From an uncultured Methanosarcinaceae archaeon (GTDB lineage: Archaea > Halobacteriota > Methanosarcinia > Methanosarcinales > Methanosarcinaceae): 64,000 nucleotides of DNA. Under the pieces are notes generated by a model. That model had not been told where the DNA came from, ran no database searches, and saw only the letters and a program-made list of their open reading frames with translations. This document shows, piece after piece, positions 28,647-39,168 of the stretch (position 1 is its first letter; every line of letters begins with the position of its first letter). A program made the position numbers and the translations under genes. The stretch is from NCBI GenBank assembly GCA_963721455.1, contig CAVRJG010000046.1, forward strand, positions 1 through 64,000, given 5' to 3'.

Positions 28647-29915
28647 TTATTCTTCCGGGATCACTGCCCTTTCGAAATTTTCTTTCTCTACAAGGATCTT
28701 TGTAGCATCAATTCCCACTTTTGTGGTCGTCCCATCAGGAGCCCCTCTCGGGTCTAAGGAACTGCCGCGGACATTAGAGATAACAAGAATATCCATATCC
28801 CCTTTTACCCTGGTGGCAATTGCAAACTCAACATCATTAGGGTCAAAAATATTTATATCTTCGTCCACAACAACCACATGCTTGAGGCTCGTATGAGCTG
28901 CAAAGGCTGCCATAATAGCGTTTTTCCCGTCTCCTTCGGTCTGTTTCTCGATCTGAACAACTGCATGAAGATAACAGCATCCCCCTTCTGTCAGCACCAC
29001 GTTTTTAACAGTGGTAACTTCCCCGACAGCCCTGTAAATCCTGGGCTCGTAAGGCACACCCATCATCAGGAGATGCTCCGGGCCAGCCGGCAAAATCCCG
29101 TGATAGATCGGGTCTTTCCTGTGGATAATTCGGGTGATATGGATAACAGGTTCTTTTCTTACCACATCGTAGGTTCCCGTAATGTCCACAAAAGGCCCTT
29201 CATCAACCTTTTCTACGGGATCAACATAACCTTCAAGCACAATCTCGGCATGAGGAACCTTTACTCCATTTGCACACTCAAAAAGTTCCACAGGGGCACC
29301 CCGCAGGGCAGCTGCATATTCGAATTCTTTTCCTGCAGGAACCCTTGTAGAAGTCGCGTAAATAATTGTCGGATCGCAGCCGAGCACAATTGCAACAGGT
29401 AGAGGTTCGCCTTTTTCGGCGGCTTTTTTGTGCAGGAGGTAGGTATGCCTTGGAGGAACCAGGCGGGCTGCGAGTTTATCTTTTCCTGCGAGCATAAGGC
29501 GGTGAATAGAAGCGTTAATTGTGCCTCCGTATTCGGAAACCACAATTCCTGCAGTTATATAAGGTGCTCCGTCTTTTTCAAAATGGGTGAGGATAGGGAG
29601 TTTTGTCAGGTCAACCTGATCTTCCACGACCTCCAGGGTTGGAGACTCTGTCACCAGCCTCACTTCACCTTCAGGAGATACTTCCGAAAGCTTCTTTATA
29701 ATTTCTTCTTTAGGGACTCCGAGCATGGAAGCCAGTTCATCCCTGGACCCAAGAAGGTTCATAATAACCTTTGAACCTGATATATTATGGAAGAGAACCG
29801 GGGCTTTTGCGGTTTTTGCAATTCTTGAAGCTTCGAATTTCGGGGAAACGGGTTGTGGAATTTCTACCAGTTTTCCGTTTTCTTTTAACTGGTCGATGAA
29901 ATCTCTAAAATTCAT
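28647..29915 (-). CDS. UbiD-family decarboxylase, probable anhydromevalonate phosphate decarboxylase
   Basis: EGPF.D.TG.Y, VVVD.DI, SLDP, K.GIDAT; adjacent to the aconitase X subunits as in the archaeal mevalonate pathway. Confidence 0.88.
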   Translation of the reverse strand: MNFRDFIDQLKENGKLVEIPQPVSPKFEASRIAKTAKAPVLFHNISGSKVIMNLLGSRDELASMLGVPKEEIIKKLSEVSPEGEVRLVTESPTLEVVEDQVDLTKLPILTHFEKDGAPYITAGIVVSEYGGTINASIHRLMLAGKDKLAARLVPPRHTYLLHKKAAEKGEPLPVAIVLGCDPTIIYATSTRVPAGKEFEYAAALRGAPVELFECANGVKVPHAEIVLEGYVDPVEKVDEGPFVDITGTYDVVRKEPVIHITRIIHRKDPIYHGILPAGPEHLLMMGVPYEPRIYRAVGEVTTVKNVVLTEGGCCYLHAVVQIEKQTEGDGKNAIMAAFAAHTSLKHVVVVDEDINIFDPNDVEFAIATRVKGDMDILVISNVRGSSLDPRGAPDGTTTKVGIDATKILVEKENFERAVIPEE

Positions 29916-30059
29916 GGGTATCTGAGTATCAAAAAGCTGTCAGATGATAAAAAGATTATCCGATTGCCGAACGTAAATAACTGCCGGACTCACTAATCTT
30001 ATCAGTGGGCAAACAAAACAGGATGAAACAGAGCTTTTACGCCTACAAACCCTGTCATC

Positions 30060-31127
30060 TTAACATTCATCAAGCATGAAAGCCCTGGGCCTTATGATCC
30101 TTTTCTTCTCATACTGGTCAAAGCAGTGAGCTATCCAGCCTGAAACCCTGCCGATTGCAAAGATGGATGTTGCAAGTTGAGGGGGGATATCCATATACTT
30201 GTAAATAACTGCCGAGTAGAAGTCTACGTTCGGATAAATTGGTTTTCCTTTTTTCTCTACAAGTTCACGGATAACAGTGTTTTCGATTGCTTCGGCTGTT
30301 TCGTACCAGTGCATATCCCCTTTTGCTTCTGCGAGTTGCCTGGAAAGCTGCTTGAATATCGTGCCCCTGGGGTCATAAGTCTTGTATACTCGGTGCCCGA
30401 AGCCCATGATCTTTTCTTTCTTTGCGATCTTTTCGAGGACAAATTTCTCTGCATTTTCCGGACAGGCGATTTTTTCGATCATGTTCATGACTTCTGACCT
30501 TGCCCCTCCATGCAGGGGGCCTTTAAGGGTGCAGAGCCCGGAGACAACAGCTGAGTACAGGTCTGAAAGGGTGGAAGCGGTAACTCTTGAAGAGAAAGTG
30601 GAAGCATTTAGCTCGTGTTCGGCACTGAGGATAAAGTCTTTTTCCATGACCTCAGCTTCCAGCTGACTTGGTTTGCTTCCTCTTATCATGTACAGGAAGT
30701 TAGCTCCGTGGGAGAGGGATTTATCAGGGGGTACAGGTTCTTTTCCATTTGCCACTCTGTAGTACGAAGCAACTATGGTTGGGATCTTGGCAATTAACCG
30801 TATGGCTTTTCTCAGATTTCCTTCTGGAGAGCTGTCGTTAATGTCCGGGTCGAATTGTGATATGAAAGAAACAATTGTACGCAGCGCTTCCATAGAGTCA
30901 ATATTGAAATTGCACATGCGGATAATGTCCATTACTTCTTTGTTGATTTCACGCTCCCCATGCAGGCGGGATGAATATTCGGCAAGCTCCTGATCTCCAG
31001 GGAGTTCTCCCAGGATAAGCAGATAGGATACTGCATCGTAGGGAAGCTCAACCAGCTGATTAATGTCTATTTCCCTGTATTTCAGAGTGCCCTCTAACCC
31101 GTCTATGAAACATATATTTTTACTCAT
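30060..31127 (-). CDS. Citrate synthase
   Basis: EHELNASTF, GPLHGGA, MGFGHRVYK..DPR, PNVDFYS. Confidence 0.93.
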   Translation of the reverse strand: MSKNICFIDGLEGTLKYREIDINQLVELPYDAVSYLLILGELPGDQELAEYSSRLHGEREINKEVMDIIRMCNFNIDSMEALRTIVSFISQFDPDINDSSPEGNLRKAIRLIAKIPTIVASYYRVANGKEPVPPDKSLSHGANFLYMIRGSKPSQLEAEVMEKDFILSAEHELNASTFSSRVTASTLSDLYSAVVSGLCTLKGPLHGGARSEVMNMIEKIACPENAEKFVLEKIAKKEKIMGFGHRVYKTYDPRGTIFKQLSRQLAEAKGDMHWYETAEAIENTVIRELVEKKGKPIYPNVDFYSAVIYKYMDIPPQLATSIFAIGRVSGWIAHCFDQYEKKRIIRPRAFMLDEC

Positions 31128-31545
31128 TTTCTACCTCACAGTTATGCCTCGAGGATTTTCAAAAAACTTTGAAATTTGGGGAATCCTCTGCTTATACGTG
31201 GAAGATTTAACACGAAGGGCCTTATGAGACCCAAAAATAGGGTGACAATGCACTCCTATTATCGTCGAATAAGTATATTAAATTTGTTGAAATTGTATCT
31301 CAAGATCTCTATAATTATTTTTAAATTTTAGGGATGCCACAACTTTACATATTTTAGTTATATTATATATACTATCATATGCTATTCTTCAGAATACCGT
31401 GTTCCTCGAAATACCTGCAGCAATTAAAATAACCCTTTTTCCAGTTCGGGTAAAAGGAAAGGTTCCAAGAATAGGAAACTTTATGTAAAGCTTGCGGAAC
31501 CTTTTCAAAAAGGCTTTTTCATTACATTCTGGTATTGATAACCTA

Positions 31546-34353
31546 TTATTTTTTCTTCACCGAATCCCGCAGGAACTTATGCAAAATCCCACCATTCAAG
31601 TAATACCCGATTTCCACAGCCGAATCAAGCCTTAATATTACCTGGAACTGCATTTCTCCCCCATTTTCGTCCTTTGTCCTTACTGTAAGCTCTCCGTGGG
31701 GTTCCATGTGTTCAATGCCCAGAATATCATAGCTTTCCTTTCCTGTAAAGCCGAGAGTATCGGCATTCTCTCCTTCCTTAAACTGCAGTGGAAGAACTCC
31801 CATGCCAACGAGGTTGCTTCTGTGGATACGCTCGAAAGACTCGGCAATGACTGCCTTTACTCCAAGAAGGAATGTACCTTTAGCTGCCCAGTCCCTCGAA
31901 CTGCCTGTCCCGTACTCCTTTCCTGCGATAACTATCAGCGGGATATTATTTTCGGCATAAAGCATAGCTGCATCATAGATTGAAATTCCACCGCAGGATT
32001 CCGCCGGAAAGTCCTCTTTCCTGAGGTGGTATACGGTCCAGCCCCCTTCGCTGGCTACAAGCCTGTTCCTGAGCCGGATATTCCCAAAGGTCCCACGCAT
32101 CATTACCTCGTGGTTACCCCTGCGAGAACCATAGGAATTGAAATCTTCAGGGTCCACACCCCAGGATATCAGGTACCTGCCTGCAGGACTATCTGACGGG
32201 ATGTCACCTGCAGGAGATATATGGTCCGTGGTAATGCTGTCTCCGAAAAGGGCCAGGACTCTTGCATCCCTTATGCTCTCTGGCGAAGGTGGAGCAAGCG
32301 GAAAATCCACGAAATAGGGGGGTTCCTGAATGTAGGTGGACATCGGATTCCAATCATAAAGGGTGCCTGCCGGGACTTCCAGCTCTTTCCAGAGTTTGGG
32401 GCCCTCCAGAGCACCGGAATACTCTTTTTCGAACATTGAGGGCCTAATACTGCTCTTTTCAGCTTCCTTTATCTCATCCCTCGCAGGCCAGATATCCTTA
32501 AGGTAAACAGGGCGCCCGTTGGGGTCATAAGCAAGGGGATCAGTTTCAAAGTTGATATTCACAGTACCTGCGATCGCATAGGCGACAACAAGGGGAGGAG
32601 AAGCAAGATAGTTTGCCCTGATAAGCGGATTGATCCTTCCTTCAAAATTCCGATTTCCGCTTAGCACGGCTGCAACAGTAAGGTCTTTTTCCTTAATTTC
32701 CTTTGCAACATATTCAGGTAGAGGCCCGCTATTCCCTATACAGGTCGTACAACCATAGCCAACCTGGTGGAAGCCCAGGGCTTCGAGATAGGGCAAAAGG
32801 CCTGCGACTCCCAGATATTCCGTAGCTACTCTTGAACCCGGGGAGAGGCTTGTTTTTACAAAAGGCTTGACGTGCAGGCCCTTTTCTACAGCCTTTTTCG
32901 CAAGCAACCCGGCTCCTATCAGGACTGAAGGGTTTGAAGTATTGGTACAGGAAGTGATGGCTGCAATCACCACAGAACCATGTGTGACCCTGAAGGCTTT
33001 TCCTGGAGATCCCACTTCTTTTGCCTCTTCCGTACCAGGGAATTCAGGCTCCCCGACCGGAGTCCCTCCTTCTCCTATCCAGCGCTGGTAAGCAGGGTCT
33101 CTGGACAGTTCAATACCAGCCTCTTTTTTCCGGATAAAGGTTTGCTGCATCGTTTCATGGAAATTCTCTGGCACTTCACTTAAAAAGAGCTGATCCTGGG
33201 GGCGTTTCGGGCCTGCAATACAGGGCTTTACCGTGCTCATATCAAGTTCCAGAGTACTGCTGAACACAGGTTCGGGTTTGTGGATCGAATAGAGAAGGTC
33301 CTGAGCTTCCAGATACTTTTTCACAAGGTCAACCTGCTCTTCGCTCCTACCAGTTCTTCGCAGGTAGTTCAGGGTCTCGGCATCAGGTGGGAAAATTCCA
33401 AGGGTTGCCCCATACTCAGGAGCCATATTGGAGATTGTTGCCCTATCCGGAAGGCTCAGTGAGCTTAACCCGGGCCCGTAGAACTCCACGAACTTGCCGA
33501 CAACTCCCTGTTTTCTCAGCATTTTTGTAATTGTCAGGACAAGGTCGGTGGCAGTTACTCCCGGTTCCAGTTTTCCGTAGAGCTTGAAACCCACAACCTG
33601 GGGCACAGGCATATAATAAGGCTGCCCGAGCATTACGGCTTCGGCTTCTATGCCTCCCACGCCCCAGCCGAGTACCCCAATCCCGTTGATCATTGTGGTA
33701 TGTGAGTCAGTCCCTACAAGAGTATCCGGAAATGCATACAGCTCACCATCCTTCTCCTTAAGATGCACAAGCGGGGTCAGGTACTCAAGGTTTACCTGAT
33801 GGATTATTCCTCTTCCAGGGGGCACGACTCTGAAATTGTCAAAGGCTTTCTGGGCCCAGCGCAGAACGGAATAGCGTTCCCTGTTGCGTTCAAACTCCTT
33901 TTTCTCGTTTTCCTCAAGAGCATATGAAGTCCCGTAGGAATCAACCTGAACTGAGTGGTCAATGACCAGGTCTGCAGGGATGACAGGGTTGATCTTCGTG
34001 GGGTCACCTCCCAGGCGCTGCATTGCCGAACGGAGGGCTGCCAGGTCTACTACAGCTGGAACGCCTGTAAAGTCCTGCATAATTACCCTTGACGGAATAA
34101 ACGGGATATCCCTCTCACTTATATTTTCAGGATTCCAGCGAGCAAGAGCCTCCACATCCTCGGTAGCTATTATATGCTTTTCAGTGTCCGCATGCCTGAG
34201 CAGGGATTCCAGCAGGATCCTTATAGAGTAGGGAAGCAGGGAAATTCCCTCAAAGTCTTTTTCTTCTAGTTTGCCCAATCTGTAAATCGTAGCTTTTCCG
34301 GCAGCTGTTTCGATAATGTCTCTTACCCCAAATGGGTCCAGACCTTCTCTCAT
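31546..34353 (-). CDS. acnA: Aconitate hydratase A
   Basis: QDFTGVP, DHS, GTDSHT, SCTNTSN, GCTTCIGNSG, YGTGSSRDWAAK. Confidence 0.96.
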   Translation of the reverse strand: MREGLDPFGVRDIIETAAGKATIYRLGKLEEKDFEGISLLPYSIRILLESLLRHADTEKHIIATEDVEALARWNPENISERDIPFIPSRVIMQDFTGVPAVVDLAALRSAMQRLGGDPTKINPVIPADLVIDHSVQVDSYGTSYALEENEKKEFERNRERYSVLRWAQKAFDNFRVVPPGRGIIHQVNLEYLTPLVHLKEKDGELYAFPDTLVGTDSHTTMINGIGVLGWGVGGIEAEAVMLGQPYYMPVPQVVGFKLYGKLEPGVTATDLVLTITKMLRKQGVVGKFVEFYGPGLSSLSLPDRATISNMAPEYGATLGIFPPDAETLNYLRRTGRSEEQVDLVKKYLEAQDLLYSIHKPEPVFSSTLELDMSTVKPCIAGPKRPQDQLFLSEVPENFHETMQQTFIRKKEAGIELSRDPAYQRWIGEGGTPVGEPEFPGTEEAKEVGSPGKAFRVTHGSVVIAAITSCTNTSNPSVLIGAGLLAKKAVEKGLHVKPFVKTSLSPGSRVATEYLGVAGLLPYLEALGFHQVGYGCTTCIGNSGPLPEYVAKEIKEKDLTVAAVLSGNRNFEGRINPLIRANYLASPPLVVAYAIAGTVNINFETDPLAYDPNGRPVYLKDIWPARDEIKEAEKSSIRPSMFEKEYSGALEGPKLWKELEVPAGTLYDWNPMSTYIQEPPYFVDFPLAPPSPESIRDARVLALFGDSITTDHISPAGDIPSDSPAGRYLISWGVDPEDFNSYGSRRGNHEVMMRGTFGNIRLRNRLVASEGGWTVYHLRKEDFPAESCGGISIYDAAMLYAENNIPLIVIAGKEYGTGSSRDWAAKGTFLLGVKAVIAESFERIHRSNLVGMGVLPLQFKEGENADTLGFTGKESYDILGIEHMEPHGELTVRTKDENGGEMQFQVILRLDSAVEIGYYLNGGILHKFLRDSVKKK

Positions 34354-34825
34354 ATATTTCTTACCTCCAGCAAAAAGATGAAATTAAAACTATGATATTA
34401 TAGACTTTCCTTTATCCTGTGAAAGCCCCATCTTATCCTCAGACTACTTTATTCCTTCGGGTTTATTATCTCCTTTTTATATGCAGAATTTACTCGCACT
34501 GGCAGGTTTTCCTTTACCTTCCTCCGGAATCCCTGAAAATTATGCCTTAACTAAATTATATATTAACCAATATAAAAATTGTTGATTTTTACTCCACGGC
34601 TTGAGATACACTGGTTTTGAAATTTCTATTCCTTCACTACTACAGCAGGAATATCGATAAAAAGGAAAGGAAAAGGAACAGATGATTACAGCAGGGCAAA
34701 TATAAAATGGTTCCAAAAGCCCTGAAGCGTCCTGAAGTTCCCGTGTTTTAAGGGGTCGAATGCGGTACCGGACTTCTATACTGTCCGGAATACCTGAAAT
34801 TAAAAGAAAAAAAGCTGGAAGCTGC

Positions 34826-36223
34826 TTATTCTTCAGCAGCTCCGATTATGATTGAGTACTCAAAATTCTCGGTGTTTTCGGGAAGGATTGAAAGTGTCCA
34901 TTTTCCTGCAGCCCCCGGGACGGTGTAAGTTTCCACAAAGGTTGTAGTTCCTCCCTGGTAACTTCCCTGGTTAGTAGAAGTCTCCATACCGCCCGCAATT
35001 CTTGAAGATATGTATGGAACAGGATACGGCTGCGGATACGTATCATCTATTATGTTTATCGAGCCGCTGTATTTTGTGTTCACAGGGACAGGCGTTACCT
35101 CATTTCCTGAGGGGTCTTTCAGGCTCACATTAAAGGAAGGGGTGAGATCCCGGTTTCCTCCGGCGGTATACAGGGCGTACCCATACTGGTAGGCTTTAAC
35201 CTCCACGGTGATGGGGGCGTCTGTCCCGGCGTCGAAGGCAGTCTCGTAAGGCTTTTCGAGAACCGGGAGGATGCGGAAGCTCAGGGAAACTATCCCTTCG
35301 TATTCGCGGATTCCCGGGTCATCAATATTCAGGTCAAGGCTGCCGCTGTAGCTTCCCTTTGCATCAGCCGGAACCGCAAGTGTCAGTTTTACGATAGCTG
35401 TCTGCCCGGCTTTTATTTTTTCCGGGGCTTCCACGCTTATAGCCCTGTTTCCGAAAGCCTGCTGCGGCATTCCTGCAGAGGAAGACGTGCTTTCAGCGTA
35501 AATGATGCCCCCTCCCTCAGTAAGCTCAGGGGAGAGTGCAATGTCCTTATTTCCGATATTCTTGAGTTTTATTTCATAAGTATAGTTCTTCCCGGCTTCC
35601 ACCAGGTCATTGACATAAGGCGTAAGGATCTGGACTTCAGGCGGGACCCATACCTGCACGTTCAACTGCATTGTGCCCGGGAAGTTTGGATAATAACCTG
35701 CCACATCTCCTTCAGGCACATTTTCCGTGAAAGCAATGAGTACGGCATAATTCCCAGGGTCCGCATCTTCTGGTATGCTCACCTTTACCTCAAACTCCTC
35801 TTTTTCTCCGGGCTTCAGGGCCTTTTCGGAGGGACTTATGCTGATCCAGCTCTCATTTATGAAATTTTCCGTGTAGGGAGTGATTAAAAGTTTTGGCTTC
35901 AACTCAATTGTCTTGTTGTCTTTGTTCTCAACGGTTACGGTAAAGTTTTCACTGTCTCCGGGTTCCAGTTGCAGGTACTTATAAGCCGGATCAACTCTGA
36001 TTTTCTCAAATTCAGGGAAATAATCCCCGGCATAAGCTGCAGATGCGGGTACGGTGCTTGCCCCTACTTTTGCCTGTACTGCTTCTTCTTTTGCAGGCAC
36101 GGCAGTATTTCCATCCCCTGCTCCTGCACAGGCAATCGAAATGATTGATATGACAAGGAGTCCGCATATGATTCCTCTTAATGTCTTTGTATCCAGTATA
36201 CGCATACTTTTAACCTCGCTCAC
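34826..36223 (-). CDS. Secreted Ig-like repeat protein (COG1470-like)
   Basis: Signal peptide; two L.PG..F.V.V.N...V.IP.DA.PG.Y-type beta domains. Confidence 0.7.
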   Translation of the reverse strand: MSEVKSMRILDTKTLRGIICGLLVISIISIACAGAGDGNTAVPAKEEAVQAKVGASTVPASAAYAGDYFPEFEKIRVDPAYKYLQLEPGDSENFTVTVENKDNKTIELKPKLLITPYTENFINESWISISPSEKALKPGEKEEFEVKVSIPEDADPGNYAVLIAFTENVPEGDVAGYYPNFPGTMQLNVQVWVPPEVQILTPYVNDLVEAGKNYTYEIKLKNIGNKDIALSPELTEGGGIIYAESTSSSAGMPQQAFGNRAISVEAPEKIKAGQTAIVKLTLAVPADAKGSYSGSLDLNIDDPGIREYEGIVSLSFRILPVLEKPYETAFDAGTDAPITVEVKAYQYGYALYTAGGNRDLTPSFNVSLKDPSGNEVTPVPVNTKYSGSINIIDDTYPQPYPVPYISSRIAGGMETSTNQGSYQGGTTTFVETYTVPGAAGKWTLSILPENTENFEYSIIIGAAEE

Positions 36224-36596
36224 TATTTACTAAGGAATGAAACTTATAATAGAATTGCTTAAGCTGCGAATCAATTTGCAGTTATTTCTAAAAAATAAGG
36301 ACTTTAAAAGCTTTTTTTTATTTCATTTCTTTTTCAGGGGCTTAAATGCAAAAAAAGCTGATCTAATTCCTTTTTGAACCCCGGTTTTTGCCCGCCAGAT
36401 GTGAAAGTTCGGACTTTATAGTGAAAGGTAGACAGAAAAAGATATTAGATCCGAAGGTTAAACTCATTTAGGCAGTTATTATTTTATATTTAGCTGTGAA
36501 TTATACTAAAGTTATCTCAGGCTGTGAATTATCCCGGTAAAGACAGCGTTTTGTTTTAACAAGAAGGTATTTTGTTTTAAGAAGGGGTGCATTTTC

Positions 36597-37328
36597 TTGC
36601 TTAAAGAGAGAGTATTCGACACACTTTCAGATGCAGGTTTCAGGATCAGGAAGAAATCCAAATCCAGAAAGGCTTCATCACGTGAATCTCTTTTAGGGTC
36701 CAGTCCTATAGTTGATGCTGACTTTGTTGAAGTAGAAGAAGACTTTTTTCGCGACCCGGATTCCTCTTCTGAATTGAATTCCAAATCAATTGACTCCGAA
36801 CTGCTGGAAAATCTCAAAGAGTACCTTAAAACGAGGTCTCAGGAAGAAATCTCTGAAATATTTGAAGAAGTTCACAAGATTCTGGAAAGCAGAGCGTCTG
36901 AAAGTAAATTCCAGGAGGCTTCTGGAGAAGAAATCCCTATTAATAAAAAGACGAAAATAAAAGATATCTCAAAGAATGCTTTTAGACTTTTTTCGGAAAC
37001 TGCATCCTTTGGAAAGAAGCGGATAATAAGTGCCTCAAGAGTTGCCTCCTCTAAAGCCTCATTAATGGCATCCGAAGGAAAAGAATCAATAATGGGCTCT
37101 TCGAAAAAACTCAATGAAAAATGGAACAACCTGAGCCCCAGAGACCGTAAAATCATTTCCGAATTGATAGTTGCAATGATCGAAATAGGGCTGCTTAAGG
37201 GAGCCAGCCGGAGTAAAAAAGCAACATTTGCGATTCTGTCAAGCATATCCAGGCATCAGACACCGGGCAGAAAAGACCTGGAAGAGTTAGTAGAAGGTTT
37301 GCAGAAACTTTTCAAGCGCAGGCGTTGA
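36597..37328 (+). CDS. Hypothetical helical protein
   Basis: 243-aa ORF with an acidic IVDADFVEV segment; no motif recognised. Confidence 0.65.
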   Translation: MLKERVFDTLSDAGFRIRKKSKSRKASSRESLLGSSPIVDADFVEVEEDFFRDPDSSSELNSKSIDSELLENLKEYLKTRSQEEISEIFEEVHKILESRASESKFQEASGEEIPINKKTKIKDISKNAFRLFSETASFGKKRIISASRVASSKASLMASEGKESIMGSSKKLNEKWNNLSPRDRKIISELIVAMIEIGLLKGASRSKKATFAILSSISRHQTPGRKDLEELVEGLQKLFKRRR

Positions 37329-37368
37329 ATCACGAGTGCCGGGCCGATCGGAAAAAATGTCCGGTTAT

Positions 37369-39108
37369 TCAAAACCTGAAGGGTTTGCTTATAGCCTTCA
37401 CAAAACCTGCAGGGCTTTCCCCGACTTCCCAGTTTTCCGCATTCCTTATGAGATATGTGTGGTCCGAAACCTGTTCCAGTCCGCCGGCTTCATAGTTTCC
37501 TATTATTAGAGAAAAAATTCTGGCTTTTCTTTCGGCTTTTATTTCATTCCATTCCCTGATAAGAGGCCTTTCTGAAAGTTCGGATGCCCCATCGGTAAGA
37601 AAAAGAAGGTCTGCTCCTTCAAAGGCTTTTTCATTTTTCATAGCCTTCAGGCCTGCGCGAAGTGCGGTATTGAAATCCGTGCCGCCGCCGAAAGTAAATT
37701 TCAGGAATTCCAGAAACTCCTGGCCCATACGCTTTTTATCCGTAAGTTCAATCTCAAAGGTCTGCCATTTCGAAGAGAAAAGAATTACTTTAACATCTCT
37801 GCCTTCTTTCAGCATTCTTTTTGTAACTGCAAGCAGCACGGATTTTGCCAGGATCTCGGGGCTTCCTCGCATCGACGCCGAGGTGTCCACGAGGGCGACA
37901 ACAGGCCCTTTTCTCTTCTTTCCTGAAGTGTCCGAGTTCCAGTTCTTGCCTCTGAGCTGGTATGTCAGGAGTTTTCCTTCCAGCATATCCGCATAGAATT
38001 TGAGCTTTAGAAGGGGATTTTTCAGCTTTACGGCTTCTACTGGAAGCAGTGTCTGGATATTGCCTGAAAAAGTAACCGAATGCACCTCGCTTTTACCGTA
38101 TGGCGATAGATTCAGCTTTTTTGAGCCGTACTCAAGTTCGATTCTTCCAACCTGCTCCAGAATTTCATGAAGGTCGGAACTCTTTCTGAGAATTGCGGCA
38201 TATTTTTCCAGGTTCCCGAAGTATTCCCTGTGCAAAGCCCTCAGGGAGTGGTCCCACATTCTGCCTGGAAAGAGCATTGAGAGAATTTCGAGCATTTCGA
38301 GGTGGTCTTCGAGGACGGGAATGAGCTCTTCAATCTTTGCAGCTATTTTCTCTCCGACTGCAGAGTCCAGTGTCTCTCCAGCCTTTTCGGAGGAAATGAA
38401 CTCAAGGGTCATTGAGGCCAGTTTTTCAGACCCTGCCGCTTTTCCAGGTTGAAGATCGGGGTTTTTCCTGTTCTCGTCATCAGGGACTTTCAGGGACTTT
38501 TCCCGGTTATTCTCTTCAGTCCCCTGTTTCCGGGGCGTATCCGGTTTTTCCTCCCATTGGGAGCTTTTCTCCATCTGCTGTAATCTGTTCTTTTCCCATA
38601 CAGCCTTAGTTTCCTTTATCAGATCGTTCAGGGCTTTAAGACTTTTTTCCAGGCTTTTAGGGAACTTCTTTGAACATTCTGGGTCTATTTTTTCACAGTC
38701 GTCCAGAAGTGTAAAGAGTTCTTCAAGCAGAGTTCTCAGGAGAAAAACTCCTGCCATGCTGTTGGTTCCGGCAAGAGCTTTTATTTCGGGCCAAACCCTT
38801 AAATCCCTCATACTCAGAAGGATAGGATAAAAAGCTCCGAATTTACTCATAAACAGCTTTTCATCCTTTATTTCATATCCTTTTTCTGAAAAGAGCTCAT
38901 AAACAAGAATTTCTGCAATTTCTTCCCTGAGCTGCCTTGGCACTCTTCGCGGAGTCGCCAGGACTTCCCTAAGTTCGATATTCAATATCGTGGAAGGATT
39001 GAAGTCATGGTTGAATGATAAAGATGAGGCTGACCCGGGTATGTCTCCAAAATTTTCCGTCCGGTTTTTTAATTCCTGCATATTTTTCCTTTTCCGGAGT
39101 TTCTCCAA
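37369..39108 (-). CDS. viaA: ViaA-like VWA domain protein
   Basis: MIDAS DTSAS (DxSxS), GGTDF, LTDG; downstream of a RavA-like ATPase. Confidence 0.85.
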   Translation of the reverse strand: MEKLRKRKNMQELKNRTENFGDIPGSASSLSFNHDFNPSTILNIELREVLATPRRVPRQLREEIAEILVYELFSEKGYEIKDEKLFMSKFGAFYPILLSMRDLRVWPEIKALAGTNSMAGVFLLRTLLEELFTLLDDCEKIDPECSKKFPKSLEKSLKALNDLIKETKAVWEKNRLQQMEKSSQWEEKPDTPRKQGTEENNREKSLKVPDDENRKNPDLQPGKAAGSEKLASMTLEFISSEKAGETLDSAVGEKIAAKIEELIPVLEDHLEMLEILSMLFPGRMWDHSLRALHREYFGNLEKYAAILRKSSDLHEILEQVGRIELEYGSKKLNLSPYGKSEVHSVTFSGNIQTLLPVEAVKLKNPLLKLKFYADMLEGKLLTYQLRGKNWNSDTSGKKRKGPVVALVDTSASMRGSPEILAKSVLLAVTKRMLKEGRDVKVILFSSKWQTFEIELTDKKRMGQEFLEFLKFTFGGGTDFNTALRAGLKAMKNEKAFEGADLLFLTDGASELSERPLIREWNEIKAERKARIFSLIIGNYEAGGLEQVSDHTYLIRNAENWEVGESPAGFVKAISKPFRF

Positions 39109-39168
39109 GCTTTTGAGATTTTTTGCTTATTCCAGTTTTTCTTATTTTTCCAGGAATCTCCTTTACCT

